Positions 21,936 to 33,981 of a stretch of 64,000 bases of DNA are shown one piece after another; the first letter of the stretch is position 1; the number at the start of each line of letters is the position of its first letter. Under the pieces are notes generated by a model, which was given only the letters and a program-made list of their open reading frames with translations, ran no database searches and had not been told where the DNA came from. Origin of the DNA: Pelagomonas calceolata (lineage: Eukaryota); the NCBI GenBank assembly GCA_918797485.1, contig CAKKNE010000004.1, positions 1,116,001 through 1,180,000 of the forward strand. The letters are read 5' to 3'. The translations under genes and the position numbers were made by a program.

Positions 21936-22912
21936 CTAAGGAGCGAGCGCGTTGCCCGGCGTCGAGAACTGGGACAGCGCCGTGACGATGGAGAGGTCGT
22001 CGGACGGCGTGTAGGACGGGAACGAGTTGAGGAACGCCCAGCCGCCCACCGTGCCGATGACCGGGAGGTCGATCGACGGGAAATTGAGCTCCGTGAGGCC
22101 CGACGCGTCGACGATGTAGTTGATGAGCGTAAGCGGCGGGACAGCGCCCGGGACCGCCGACTCCGAGAGCATCATGAAGATGCCGAGCATGGCCGCACGG
22201 CCGTTGTTGATCTCGACCTGGCGCCCGCGGGCCTGCGAGGAAACCAATCGGTGAGGAGATTGCTCGCTGTCACGGAAACGACGTCGCGTCGATGGCGTAT
22301 TTGCACACGGCTCTGTACCTTGTCCTTGCCCGGGTAGGCGGAGTCGAACCAGTTGAAGGGGTCGTAGAGGTTGAAGCCAACCTGGCCGAAACCGGCGCGG
22401 CCGGCGATGGGGGGGAAGTAGCCCGGGAGGCCGCCGTTGCAGTAGTGCACGTAGCCCTCCGGGTTGCCGGCGCCCTCGCCGTACGACTCGAGCATGCCGA
22501 TGGCCACGAGGATCTGGAGCTTGCCGATGGCCGGGACGTTGTCCCATTGTTCCTGGGGGCTCACGCCGGCGACGTAGCCGCGGTACGGCGCGAACCAGTG
22601 CTCGCCCGACACGACCGGGAGCGACTGGACGATGAAGCCGAGGAACGCGGCCATGGCGACGCGGCCGTGCTTGATCTCGGCGTGGCGCAGGTAGCCGATG
22701 GTCGCCTCGTTGCCGAGGCCCCAGAAGTCGCCCTCGGCGATGAGGTTGAACGGATCCCAAAAGCCGATGGTCCGGCCGAGGAGGTCGGGGTTCGACTCGG
22801 CGAGGGCGACCATCTCTTCCTTGCCGTTCAAGGCCGTGCCCGCGGCCGGCGCCACCGGGGCGACGAACGCCGCGGCGCCCGTGAGCGCGAGGGCAGCGAC
22901 GATCTTCTGCAT
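21936..22912 (-). CDS. Light-harvesting (fucoxanthin-chlorophyll a/c binding) protein; intron 22233-22318
   Basis: Bipartite plastid leader MQKIVAALALTGAAAF, GFWDPFNL, EIKHGRVAMAA, EINNGRAAMLG after the splice. Confidence 0.93.
22233..22318 (-). mobile_element. Introner family A intron (degenerate)
   Basis: GTACAGAG + CCGTGTGCAAAT...TTGGTTTCCTCGCAG; contains ACGCCATCGACGCGAC. Confidence 0.7.
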
Positions 22913-23623
22913 CGTTCCGTTTCTGCGAGGGGGCGGGCGGGTAACTCTCGGTCGGTTGTCCTCGCGGTCGGCTTCGTCTCTCTGCGTCGTGGGTGCACTC
23001 TCTGGGCCTCTCGGCGACCGCCGCGGCCGGCGCCCGCCCGCGGAGCCAAGATGCGGCCGACGCAGCACCCGCTCGCGCAGGGCGAGGCATGGGCTTGTAC
23101 AGCGTCGCCAGCGGCGATTTTTGATCGCTCCTAGGCTAGCGCGCGCATTTGCAGGCCGGCTCACAGGCTTGCGTGTAGAGGCTGTATCTCGCCCGCCCGC
23201 GGGCCTCGCAGCACTAAACTCGCTCCGTGGCTCCAAATTGTAGTATTAGAAGTCTCGACAGTATCTCACGTCGAAATTTTGCCGTATATCCGCGCAGACA
23301 GCGACCGTAACTTGTTGCCAACCTGGGCTTGCAATCCAAGCGGCCCTCGCCTCTCGCGCTTAGCGTGCCTTCGAACCGCCTGGAGCCGTCAACGGAAGCC
23401 TGACAAACCCGCAGGAGGGATCTAGACACCCACCACAATTTTTCGTGCGGTGTTCGCGGCCAAAATCGTCTTGGGAGCCGCTCGATGCGCAGCGATGCAT
23501 AGTTAGAGGTGGCATCGCTCGCGAGAGACGCTCTTGTGGTATACCGCTGCGACGGCAAGTGAACCGCTGATTACACTGAACACCAGCCTTGTCTGAGAGG
23601 CTGCTCTCCCAGCCACTGCAGCC

Positions 23624-24619
23624 ATGCGCCGCCTGCTCCCGCTCCTCGCAGCCACCCAAGCCTACGAGCTCTGCGTCGGCCAGGACTACTGGAGCATCAT
23701 GAACTACACCGCAGTGATGGGCAAGCCGGCCTGCGTCATGTCCTATGCGTCGCTCTACAACCTCACCGCAGCACTGTGGAACGGTACCGAGTACGGCTCC
23801 GGCGTCGAGCACGCGTCACGCCTCCTCGAATCGCTGCCCGACGCCGACCTGCAGCTCGGGTTGTGGTTGGTGGGCGGCCTTGATGATATAAACAATGGCT
23901 TTTGGGATGACGCCATCTCCGAGCTCGTCAATTTTGTGAGATGGGCGGCGCCCCGCAAAATCTATATAAGGATAGGCTACGAGTTCGACAACCCCCAGAA
24001 CGAGTACGACCCCGTCAGCTACAAGGTAGCTTACTCACGGATAGCCGACGCGCTGCGACACGAGCCGAACGCCGTCCGAGTGTGGCACTCGTGGTCGTTT
24101 CCAGAAACTTACGAAGGGCACTCCTACGAGGAGTGGTGGCCCGGGGAGAACAAGGTGGACTTCTGCGGCGTTTCGATCTTCCAGCAGGCCTACGGCGACA
24201 GTCCGATGGGTGACCTCGCGACTGCTAAAGATATCGCTCGCTTCTGCCGCGACCACAAAAAGCCGCTGATGGTCGCCGAGTCGACGCCCTTCGGCGTCGG
24301 TGATGCGGAATCGAGGGACACGATCTGGGAGCGCTGGTACGAGCCCGTGCTCGCGTTCGTTCGGGAGGAGCGCGTTGCGGTCTGGTGCTACATCAATGAC
24401 AATTGGGACGCGCAGCGGATGTGGACCGAGGGCGGCACCTTCTGGGGCGACTCGCGCGTCGAGGCGTACGCTGATTTGGCTTTGCATTGGCGGCGCGCGG
24501 TCCTGGCTTCACCGACGAGGCTTGTCGCCTCCGGGGCCGGCGGCGGCCACTACGTCGGCGCGGCTTTTGTAGGGTTGTGCTTGTGCGCGCTGCCGTGGCT
24601 CGTGCGGCGGAAGGCGTGA
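23624..24619 (+). CDS. Secreted/membrane-anchored glycoside hydrolase, GH26-like
   Basis: Signal peptide, YIRIGYEFDN acid/base motif, WWPG...VD, KPLMVAESTP nucleophile motif, C-terminal TM helix. Confidence 0.7.
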   Translation: MRRLLPLLAATQAYELCVGQDYWSIMNYTAVMGKPACVMSYASLYNLTAALWNGTEYGSGVEHASRLLESLPDADLQLGLWLVGGLDDINNGFWDDAISELVNFVRWAAPRKIYIRIGYEFDNPQNEYDPVSYKVAYSRIADALRHEPNAVRVWHSWSFPETYEGHSYEEWWPGENKVDFCGVSIFQQAYGDSPMGDLATAKDIARFCRDHKKPLMVAESTPFGVGDAESRDTIWERWYEPVLAFVREERVAVWCYINDNWDAQRMWTEGGTFWGDSRVEAYADLALHWRRAVLASPTRLVASGAGGGHYVGAAFVGLCLCALPWLVRRKA

Positions 24620-24971
24620 TTGTTGTGTATATATCTCTTAGTGTAAATATGGTAATTTCGAGACTTTTCTCAAGGCGTCCCACTAGCCGCTCTTGCGAAC
24701 AACCGCCATCCTTCTGGTGCAGTCAAAGGAGTCCAGGTCGCCATGGTGGGATCGTCAATCGGCGCGACGCGAATCAAGAAATTACTATTTTTGGCCCCCG
24801 GTAAGTGTCCCATTGATCCCTTTGGACCAGTAGCGAACCGAACGGTACTCGGACGGCTGCTTGTCATATCCTAGTGTGTCTACGCAGAGCGCCTCACGGG
24901 GCGCTGGGCTGCACTGTTCGGGGGCCAGGCTGCCCGCACTTCTGCAGAGGACTGCCCGAGACACCGCCCCA

Positions 24972-26645
24972 ATGGCCGACGACGACGACGACGCCGCGAC
25001 GACGCCCCTGCCACCGGTGCGGAGCCTCTCCCCACCAACAGAAGCAGAGGCTCCCGCTCCCGCCGCCGCGACGACGCCGCCGCTGCCCCCCGTCGTCCGC
25101 AAGAAGTCCTTACTGCCGGCCTGGCTTCTCGAATCCCAGCGGTCGCTCGACGCCGTCGCGGCCTCGCAAGGAGAAGCGCGAGCTGGTATTGAGAGACTGC
25201 GGACCTCGCTCAAGTGTTTTGATGCGCTCGTCAAGGAACGAGACGCGCCTCCACCAGAACCCGTCGACGAGGCGCCCGAGGTCGTGCCCGAGCGCGGTCC
25301 ACACACCGTCGATGATGATTGTGGGACGTACGTGTGTCAATTTCTGGAGGGTGATTCTCTACTGATATATGCGCGCTGTTCTTCGTCCACAAAACGGTGG
25401 ATGGACGAAAGTGTCGGCGACGCGGTCTGGCGGTCTCTCTTTCGTAGAGACCAGCTCGAGCGGTGCCCTTGGTTGGCATCAGATGAAAATGATGATGAGA
25501 AGAGCTGCGTTTTGAGAAGCGCAGCTGTGGCCGGTCTCGCTCTGAAATTTGTGCAGGAGTTCGGCGGGGAGATATCTTCACGTAGAAGATCGGACATCGA
25601 GCCCCGGACACTTTCAAGTAGAAGACGCGGCGAGGTGTCGCATCCCCTGCCGGGTGCTGGCGCGTTTGCGGGCGACGTCGTTGCTAGGGTGCATTCGCTG
25701 GGCGCGGAAGGTAGAAAACGCGCATTACCAGCACTGGAAGCTTGTTGCCTCGCGGCGTGCGCGCACTGGTCGGTGGGTGCTTCTCGTTTAGTTGATGCGG
25801 GCGGCGTCGCGCTCTTTGTGGCCTTCTTATCCAACGAACTCGGTGCCTTGCGCGGGCTCGCGGCGGCTACTTTAGCTAATCTGATCTGTTGTGCCCAACG
25901 GCAGGACGCGGTGTTGGACCAGCTGCGAGCGTGCGATGCGCGGCGACCCTTAGCGGCGTTATTGTCCTCGCCGACAGCTAGAGTGGCCCTCCACATCCCG
26001 TCGCGGCCCTTCGCTCACTTAAATGCCTCATCTCCCCAGCAGCGCATGCGCCAGGCCGCCCAGGCTCAGGCCGACTTGAGAAGGAGGGAGCGCGACTCGT
26101 ACTGCCAGGCTCCTGGGTGTCGAGCCGCCGCTCGCGCATTGAACAACTTGATGCTGCCCCATCACAGTATTGCTTTACCACCGGACACCTTCTCGACAAC
26201 AGATGAGTCTGCTTTCCTCTCCACGAATGAATTTGAGTTCATATGCCACCACTCGAGTGGCAGTCTCAGAGATTGTGCCCCAATAACGCTGACGATCGAC
26301 GACGACGAGATCAGTGGCCGCGGCATGGATTCACTCGGCGATTTTAGTGTCAGAGGCACGGCGAAGCGCGATAGCTTGGGTGCCAAAGTGTTGCATTTTT
26401 CGAAGACGTACGGGACGGAGTTCGAGGCGCGAGCTGGAAGATCCGGCCACGTCGCGCACGTGTTGTGGAGTGGCGCGGAGGACGAGGGCTACTTCGGGGT
26501 CTGGGAAGTTACCAGTAGTGATGCGCACTTCGAGTTACGAAGAGGCGGCCCTTGTCGGCTGGTGCCTTTGACGGGCGACGTGCCGCAGTGGCCTTCCATT
26601 AGGCAATTGCCGCCGATCGCGCGCGACGGGCGCTTCGTGCCGTAA
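24972..26645 (+). CDS. F-box-like/armadillo-repeat protein
   Basis: YVCQFLEGDSLLIYARCSSSTKRW F-box-like; LVDAGGVALFVAFL...AAATLANL ARM-like. Confidence 0.6.
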   Translation: MADDDDDAATTPLPPVRSLSPPTEAEAPAPAAATTPPLPPVVRKKSLLPAWLLESQRSLDAVAASQGEARAGIERLRTSLKCFDALVKERDAPPPEPVDEAPEVVPERGPHTVDDDCGTYVCQFLEGDSLLIYARCSSSTKRWMDESVGDAVWRSLFRRDQLERCPWLASDENDDEKSCVLRSAAVAGLALKFVQEFGGEISSRRRSDIEPRTLSSRRRGEVSHPLPGAGAFAGDVVARVHSLGAEGRKRALPALEACCLAACAHWSVGASRLVDAGGVALFVAFLSNELGALRGLAAATLANLICCAQRQDAVLDQLRACDARRPLAALLSSPTARVALHIPSRPFAHLNASSPQQRMRQAAQAQADLRRRERDSYCQAPGCRAAARALNNLMLPHHSIALPPDTFSTTDESAFLSTNEFEFICHHSSGSLRDCAPITLTIDDDEISGRGMDSLGDFSVRGTAKRDSLGAKVLHFSKTYGTEFEARAGRSGHVAHVLWSGAEDEGYFGVWEVTSSDAHFELRRGGPCRLVPLTGDVPQWPSIRQLPPIARDGRFVP

Positions 26646-26700
26646 GTATCTCGTGTGTTTTTTGCGAGCCGCCCCCCCACACGCGCCGCCAAGATTATTT

Positions 26701-26768
26701 TTACGGTGCTAGGACTAGTGGGCGGAGCCCCTGGCGTCGGCTCGATATTGTTACGGTGCTAGGACTAG
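26701..26768 (+). repeat. Motif A, full copy plus truncated tandem copy
   Basis: Full copy 26701-26731; TTACGGTGCTAGGACTAG again at 26751-26768. Confidence 0.85.
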
Positions 26769-27191
26769 CCTGGCGCGGCTCAGGCGCTCAGGCTCAGGCT
26801 AGTTACGTCGCGGGGTCCCCCGTACCCTTTCGCTCCCCGGGCCCACCCATCCGGTTGCTAGTGGTCTTACATGCCGCTAGCACACCAGGCACTCGACCAC
26901 CAGTTTCACGCCGCCTTCGCGTTTCGCGATAGCCTCCGTGGATCTCACCGACTCACTCTCATCTCTGCGTCGCATCCGCGACCACACAACGCTCACAAGC
27001 AGAGTTAAAGTACACATCCTGTGTGTGCATGGAAAAAAAAACACTAGTCCGCGGCGGACGAGAGACTCGCTCGCCACCCCCAAGCCACGAGGGGAATGAA
27101 AGCGCGGGACTGCGCGGCGGCTGGCGCGGTCGATCGTCCGCGCGCGCGCTTCGCGTGAACGCGCCGGCCTTCCGCGCAGGTAGCTAGAACG

Positions 27192-27434
27192 ATGGCCGAC
27201 GCCGAAAAGACTAAGACAGACGCCGCCGCCGCCGCGCCCGCGCCCGCCAAGGGCGGCGTGATGGACAAGGTCAACGAGTTCCTCGACCGCCCCGTGGCCA
27301 CGATCGGCGACGCCATCGAGAAGATCACGCATACGGGTGCGCACGCCGCCGACGCCAAGGTCGACCCCGCCGCGCCGGCGAGCGGCTCGCCGAAGGTCGT
27401 CGAGGGCGAGGTCGTCAAGCCGCCGCCGTCCTGA
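27192..27434 (+). CDS. Small hypothetical protein
   Basis: 80-aa ORF with strong GC3 bias. Confidence 0.5.
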   Translation: MADAEKTKTDAAAAAPAPAKGGVMDKVNEFLDRPVATIGDAIEKITHTGAHAADAKVDPAAPASGSPKVVEGEVVKPPPS

Positions 27435-27466
27435 GCCTCCCCCCCCCTAAGACTCCAGAAAACACA

Positions 27467-29306
27467 TTACCCGATCCGCCAGCGGCACGCCTCGCGCCGC
27501 AGCGCCGCGACCATCTCCTTCGCGAGGCCCCGGCCGCCCATGGCCTCTATCGTCCAGACACTACCTTCGTTCGAAGCCCTCCCTTCCCGTCCAGTGCCCG
27601 CAAATAGCGCCCCCAACGCCGCGCCGTTCATACCCAACAACTCCTTGCCCGTCGTGCCCTCGGGCACGACGACGTGCGAGAAGCGCCCGTTTTCGGCCGT
27701 GAGGAGCCAGCGATGGAACCTGTGTGGAAATCAACCAGTGAGCTAGGTTAGACTTTCGCGAACCTCCACGCCATCGAGCAGGCCCACTCACGGAGATAGC
27801 ATCGCATCGATTTGATTTCCACACGGGGTGGAACTGCTCCGCGCCCCACTCCATGGGATCGCCGCCGACCACCGAGCCCGTCTCGGCGAACAGTCGCGAC
27901 GTCTCCACCACGGACTTGGTCATCAGGTCAGGAGCCATGAGGCAGACCGTCTCCAGCGAGTAGAGGGAATGAATGAGATCCTCGGGCGCCGCTGATAATG
28001 TGGAGACGATGGCCACGGAGCACTCGTCGAAGCATTTCCGCAAGACCCGCGTCAAGTTATGAGCTCGATACGGGATCCGCCGCCCCTCGTAGCGCGCCCT
28101 AAAACAATCCTTGAGCGCCATCAGGCTCAAGTTAATGTCCGCGGACTCGCGCTGGTGCTGCCGGCCCCTCATTTGCATCGTCTCCCACTTCCGTTCCGAC
28201 CCGGCGAGGTCCACGAAGGTCATGGTCACGTCATTGATGGAGATTTCGACGACGGCGTGCGACCTTGAGGATGCCGCGTTCCGTTCCGTCTGTACTGAAC
28301 TTCGTAATGCAAGGCCCTCGTCCAGAGTGTTTCGCAACGCCTTGCTATCAGGACAGACGCGCGGCGGCGCGCCCTTGAAATGAACTACATCATTGCTATC
28401 ACTCAGCAGCTTTACTGATGACGCGTCGTTCAGCAGATCCCGACAAGCTTTCCCTGCCAGCTCCACGAAGCGCACTGTACATTCAGTGTCTATCCTGGAT
28501 ACGAAGCGCGTCAACGCCTCTCTCAGAGTATGCGTCTTCCCGGTCCCCGTCTGCCCAAAAAGTAACAGCGTCGCCGCGCTGCCTCGCAGGACGTCGTCGA
28601 TCAATGGGTCGACGACCTTCTCCAGGACTTCTGTCGATGAGCGCTCGAAGACGCCGTCGACCGCCACGCGATGGTGCCGGCACGCGAACGTCCGATGTGA
28701 GCGGCTCAGCTTCGCCTCGTGTAGCATGACGGCGTCGCCGCTCGACCGCTCGACTACGCGGACCGATCCCTCGCCAGCGGTAGGTCGTATCCGCGCGTAG
28801 ATCTTCACACCGCCGTCGCGCCGCTCCTTGCACGCGTTTTCCTCCGGCGGCGACGGCCTGGACGCGGCGTGCGGACCGGCCACACGGGCCGACGGCGGCG
28901 CCAACCTCGACACGGGCTTCGCCGCGCCGCCCTCGCGCCGGCGGATCGCCTCATTAACCACAAGGTCCGCGGTGGGCTCGGCGAACTCCCCTATCAAAGC
29001 CACGGTCTCCTTCGGTAGCGGTAAAGCGCCTTGCTCGTGGCCCTGGGCCAAGACTTCGGCGCGCCAGAAGGCGTTGATCGATGCTGCTAGTAATTTTGAG
29101 TGTCTCTCAGCTACTTCCCGCTCGTAGAGCAGGCGTCGCGCGTCTTCTTTGCCCTGGAGGTCCCACGCCGCCTCCTGGCGCGCGCGCGCTTCGGCGTTCC
29201 TCGGGGCGTCTCGTAGCAATTCGTCGAGGGTCTCTTCCGCCGTTGGCGTCGTCGACGCCGCTTCCGGGTGTGCTGTCGACGCTTCCGGTCTTGCTGTCGA
29301 CGCCAT
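27467..29306 (-). CDS. Kinesin motor protein (kinesin-13-like); intron 27720-27834
   Basis: FGQTGTGKT, SSRSHA, FVDLAGSE, INLSLMALKDC; splice gives WGAEQ|FHRWLLTAENG. Confidence 0.85.
27720..27834 (-). mobile_element. Introner family A intron with TIRs and 8-bp TSD
   Basis: TSD GTTCCACC/GTTCCATC; TIR CCGTGTGGAAATCAA...TTGATTTCCACACAG. Confidence 0.9.
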
Positions 29307-29917
29307 CTTGCGAGCCCAAGGCAGCCCTTGTGGTACTGTCTAGATGTACTGTCTTGGCAGGGCAGCCCTTGCGGCCGCGAGCGCGGTGCGTGTGTATACG
29401 CTACGCTGCGCGTTGTGTTGGGCAGCAGCGGTCGCGGTTTCACCCTCTGGCGCCGGGACGACCTGCTTTTTTGCCAGTGTGGGCTCGTCGAGCAAAACGG
29501 CGGCTTCGCCACCGGCCGCCGCCTGCCAGGCGTACCATTAGGCCTCGTCCGGCGCGATAGGCGTCTGGTTGAGTCATAGGCCGGGCGCTCTGCACGCGGA
29601 GGCGGCATTTTGCCTTTGCCCTCCGCGTGGCAACATAGGCGTCCGGAGTGCGTCCAGAGGGATGCGTTCGGACCCCTCCCGCGGGTGGGCCGGCCGATAG
29701 GGGTGGGACGGAGGCCTTGACAAAGCCGCCTCCGCACAGCCAAACTATAGTCGCTCCGAGTACGCGCGATTGGCGCGCCCCAACGCGACGCAAGATCTGT
29801 GATAGCTTTTTGGCGCTGCGAACGAAGCCCGCCTGTGAAAATTAGCGCGCGCCGCGCCGGACAGACTGAGCGCGGCCGGGCACTGAACAGCAAAAAGCGT
29901 GTAACGCGGCCGAAATA

Positions 29918-31430
29918 ATGGCCGAGCAGAAGAGCGCGCGCGGCTCGTGCGTCGGACAGCGTCCCGGCACCGCTTCGCGGCGTGAACCGCCGCCCCGCGG
30001 GCTTCAACTTTTTCGGGCCGAGTCGGCGTTTTACGTCGAACGGCCTCGCGCCAACGATGGAGCCGCCGCCGCGACGGCGTGCCGGAGGCGTAGAGCCACG
30101 TCCGCCGCGACGCCATCGCCGCGAAAACGCCGTCGACCACGCAGGTTCCCCGCGAAACTCTACGACTTGGTGGACGGCCACTCGCAAGTGCCCGAGGACG
30201 AGGCGATCGTCACGTGGTGCGAGAACGGCCTAGCTTTTATAGTAAGGGACCTGAACCGCTTCTGCGAGGAGGTCCTGCCGGCCCACTTCTGCCACAACAA
30301 GTGGGCGTCCTTCATCCGACAGCTGAATTTGTACGGGTTTCGGCGCATTACGCAAGGACAGAGTTCAGGTGCTTATTGGCACAAATTTTTCCAAAAGGGC
30401 GAACCGCATCTGCTGCGCGGGATTAAGAGATCGCGAAGGCAGGGCTCGGGTGCGAAGAAAAAACAACAACAACAGGAGCAGGAGCGGGAGAACCATTCTA
30501 CTGGTAGATATGCGACCCGGCAGCAAGACGACTTAAATGCGGGCTGGGGCTCGTCGCAGCCGCCCATGCACGCGTCCGTTCCCTTGCCGCCCATGAGCGC
30601 GGTGTTGCCGCAGCTGCCGCCGCCGCCCATCATCTCGGATGAAGCGCTACTGTCCGAGTTGGATGGTCTGGTGCAGGCGCAGAAGGTTTTGAGCGGCGTC
30701 CCTTGTCTTGTCGGTGGCGTCGCGTTGTCGCTGTGGCGCCGTCGACGACGCCGGCGACGCCCCGAGAGGCCGACGACGCGCCGACACACAACGAACGCGC
30801 GCGCAGGCCCAGCACGGCGGCCAGGCCGCCGCCGCCGCCGACGCGGCCGCGGGCCACATGCGGCCGCCTCCTGCCAGAGCCGATTCGGGGGGGCAGCTGT
30901 CCGGCGTGACGTCTGGTGCGTCCCTGTCGCGGTTCCTCGACTCGGCACCGCTGAATGATGGGTTGCGGAAACGCATGGCGTCGCACCAGTCGATCCACTC
31001 CGTCGGTTCTGCCGGCCAGATGGCCGACATCGGCCACCAGCAACGGAAGCAGACGGCCTTCCAGGCCGGGCGGCGGACGACGTCCAAAAGCTCATTAGCG
31101 TCCGATGACTGGGATTTGAATATTGCCGACGTCGACTCGCTGAATTTGGACGACTGGCGGTGGTCCGAGTCGCAGAACGGCGCGAATTTGGGCGCCTTCG
31201 GCTCCCGGGACTTCCTGCGCGCGCGCGGCGACCAGGGCTTGAGCGTGGGCGGTCTCTCCGCGGGCCTGCCTGCCTCGGACCTGCCGCGGTCGCGGTCCAA
31301 GGAGGCCATTACCGCGATTAGACCGCCGGCGGACCTGTCCGCTGCGGTCGCGGCGGCAGCAGTAGGCTCGCCTCCACCAGCAGCCTCGGTGCCGTCGATC
31401 CCGCCGGCGGACTCATTCCCCGCCTCGTAG
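29918..31430 (+). CDS. Heat-shock-factor-type DNA-binding protein; introns about 29980-30144 and 30686-30806
   Basis: FPAKLYDLV...IVTWCENGLAFIV...HNKWASFIRQLNLYGFRR HSF DNA-binding domain. Confidence 0.85.
30686..30806 (+). mobile_element. Introner family B intron
   Basis: GTTTTGAG + CGGCGTCCC...GCGCAG; restores the frame QK|AQHGG. Confidence 0.65.
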
Positions 31431-32020
31431 CCGAGGCTTCCCCTTCATGATGAAAATCGGTCCCCGCTCCCCCACGCGCACGTAATGTGGCGAAGGGGCC
31501 GAATTCGGTATTTGTCTTCTAGGTCGGGGCGCTCCATTGATCACTGGCCCGCGCGGTTGCCCGTGGCGACGTTTTTGGCGGGGTTTCGGCATCGATGGCG
31601 TGTTTCGGACACCGCCCGATGCTAGGCGTGCGTCCCCCCGTGGGCGCTTTGGTCCGAGACGTGTCTTTGGCGTCGCGCGGCCCGCGGGCGGGTGCTTAGA
31701 CGAAGCTGGGCCGCCGACGCGTCTTCGGCGGTTCTAGGTGTCCGAGACGCGTGCCTGGAGCCGTGGACTGGGTACTTTCGTGGGGGTGCGTGCACCCATC
31801 AGCCTCGGAGCCCCGGAATCACAGAGACACGCATCGATGCAGCGCGTCTTCGACTGAAGCCTAGACTGCACCCATTGTGACTACAAGCAGCGACGCAGCT
31901 TCTACATATACTAGACTGGTCGCCGCGCGAGTTCGAGCAACTTCTGCGCGCCGGGCGCCGCGCGCGAACACGCAGAGTTTGAACCTCGCAACACATCAAC
32001 TACAACCGCGCGCGCGCGGC

Positions 32021-32722
32021 ATGGCCGCGCTCGCGCAGCGCTGCCAGGCCATCGCCGCCGCCCCGGAAGCGCAGCCCGCGCGCATCGTGAGCCTCAACAG
32101 CCTCGACAAGCTCGACGACGCTGACGCTCTGTGCAGAACGTCTCCGGTGACCGTCGCGACCGGCGCCGCCGCCCTCGAGCGCGCGTCGACGCCGCCGCCG
32201 TCGCCACCAAAAACAACGACGACCTACGTCGAGGGCGCCGTCTCCGTCTTGGCGCGCTGCCGCAGCGGCCCGAAGCTCCAGTGGCGGCCCGCGGCGTTCT
32301 CGGTCGACCGAGTTCACGGAAACTTGCGCATCTTCCGCAGTGATGAAGAAAGACGCGCGTGGCACGCGCACCGCCACGACAACATCGCGAAGTTTCACCT
32401 CTCCCTGTCCGGCGAACATGCCGTCTCGCCCGTCATCAACGCCGACGCGCCGCCGTCGCCGCCGCGCGGCCGCGTGCGCTTCCGCCGCGTGCTCGCCGAC
32501 GTGCGCGAGGAGACGTCGTCCGACGAGGGCGACGAGAGCGTCTCGTCGCTGCCGCCGACGCCGCTCTCGACGCGGACGGAGCGCTACTGCACCTTCTCCG
32601 TGACGAAGGGCGGCGCGCCGCTCCTCAAATTCGCGGCGCCGCCCTGGCGCCGCCGCGACCTCGACGCGCTGCACGGCGCGCTCGCGGCCGTCGCGGGCGC
32701 CGTCGCGGTCGTGCCGCCGTGA
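32021..32722 (+). CDS. Hypothetical protein
   Basis: ORF with strong GC3 bias from ATG 32021. Confidence 0.55.
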   Translation: MAALAQRCQAIAAAPEAQPARIVSLNSLDKLDDADALCRTSPVTVATGAAALERASTPPPSPPKTTTTYVEGAVSVLARCRSGPKLQWRPAAFSVDRVHGNLRIFRSDEERRAWHAHRHDNIAKFHLSLSGEHAVSPVINADAPPSPPRGRVRFRRVLADVREETSSDEGDESVSSLPPTPLSTRTERYCTFSVTKGGAPLLKFAAPPWRRRDLDALHGALAAVAGAVAVVPP

Positions 32723-33375
32723 GAGGACCTGTCTGATTACCCCCTTCTTCCCCCCCTATCCGCTCGTGGTGTTGTAAGGCGGCGGTGTTTTTTATTCCTT
32801 GGCTCTATCGGCGACGGCGTCCGGACCGCACGTGAACACATGGATTCGCCTTACGCGCCCCCAGCGCGGGCGGTCGGCTCCGGTTCCGTCGATTGTGTAT
32901 GAAAACTGGGCTGGAGTTGATATAATGTACCAATTAGATAGTAGAAGGCGGCGTCAATCGCTGGTCTACTTTCGCAAGCCGTAAGTTTCATCCGCGAATG
33001 TCGCCGCGGGGCAGTGTCTTCCGGGAGCCTCGAGAATATCTTCCTGGGCCGCTACTCTGAAATAGTTGGTCGCGGCCGACTATGGTGAATCGTGAATTTG
33101 GGAGGTCGTTTGCTTGCGCTATCGAGGCGGATCTGTGAATTGGCCGGGGGCGCCGCGGAACTTCCGGGAGCACGCCTCCCAGCACGCCGCAGGTCGTGAG
33201 CTGGAACAAAGATCCAAGTCCAAAGATGCTCGAAGTTACGCCCCCCCGAACACCTCCTCACAGGGGGTAACAGGTGCCCGCGGCCGGCGATCAACACGCG
33301 TCCTAGCGACGCGCGGTACGCCAAGCCCCGGTGCCCGCCGCCGCCGACGCGCCCGGCGCGCCGGCAGCGCCGGGC

Positions 33376-33981
33376 TCAAGCGCCCTCGGCCATGTCGTCG
33401 GCCTTCTTCTCCTCGTCCTCCTCGCCCTCCGGCTTGGCCTCCTCGGGCATCTCGAAGCCGCCGAGGTCGCGGTAGACCTCGACCTCCCGGAGCGGCTGGT
33501 GCTGGAAGTCCATGAGGTCCGCGGGGAGGCCCCTACAAATCACGGGCTGCGGCTCAGGCACGATAGGCATCGGCGGCGTAACTGTGTCGGGCCAGATGTC
33601 ATTCTCTAGGGCCTTGTACTGCATCTTCTGCAGGTCGTTGCCTTCCAATCCAACCTTGTGTTTCAGCCATTTCCCGACCCAACCGTGCTTTCTGTTTTCT
33701 ACATTAGCGAAGGTCTTGAGGCCGTCGAGGCCCGAGTCGAGGATTTCATCAATAGTCGTGTTGAGCGAGGCGAGCCACATGTCCTCGACGACGACGGCGC
33801 CCGAGGGCAGCTGGAAGGCGGGCCCGCGGAACGGCGTGTTCGTGTAGACCGTCGTGATCTGCTCCCGGAGCTGTTGAGCTTCCGGCGAATTGCGCGCGTC
33901 GTTCGAGTCATCAAAGAAGGAGGCGCGGATCGGTTGCGTTGCGGCGGTGCGGCGGAGCGCGGGGCGTTGGAGAGTAGCCAT
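33376..33981 (-). CDS. Hypothetical protein
   Basis: ORF with typical codon bias and an acidic C-terminus. Confidence 0.6.
   Translation of the reverse strand: MATLQRPALRRTAATQPIRASFFDDSNDARNSPEAQQLREQITTVYTNTPFRGPAFQLPSGAVVVEDMWLASLNTTIDEILDSGLDGLKTFANVENRKHGWVGKWLKHKVGLEGNDLQKMQYKALENDIWPDTVTPPMPIVPEPQPVICRGLPADLMDFQHQPLREVEVYRDLGGFEMPEEAKPEGEEDEEKKADDMAEGA

Noticed and set aside
32722..33376. Possible transposon or RNA gene between convergent genes
   Set aside because: No TIR, TSD, tRNA fold or second copy visible in the window
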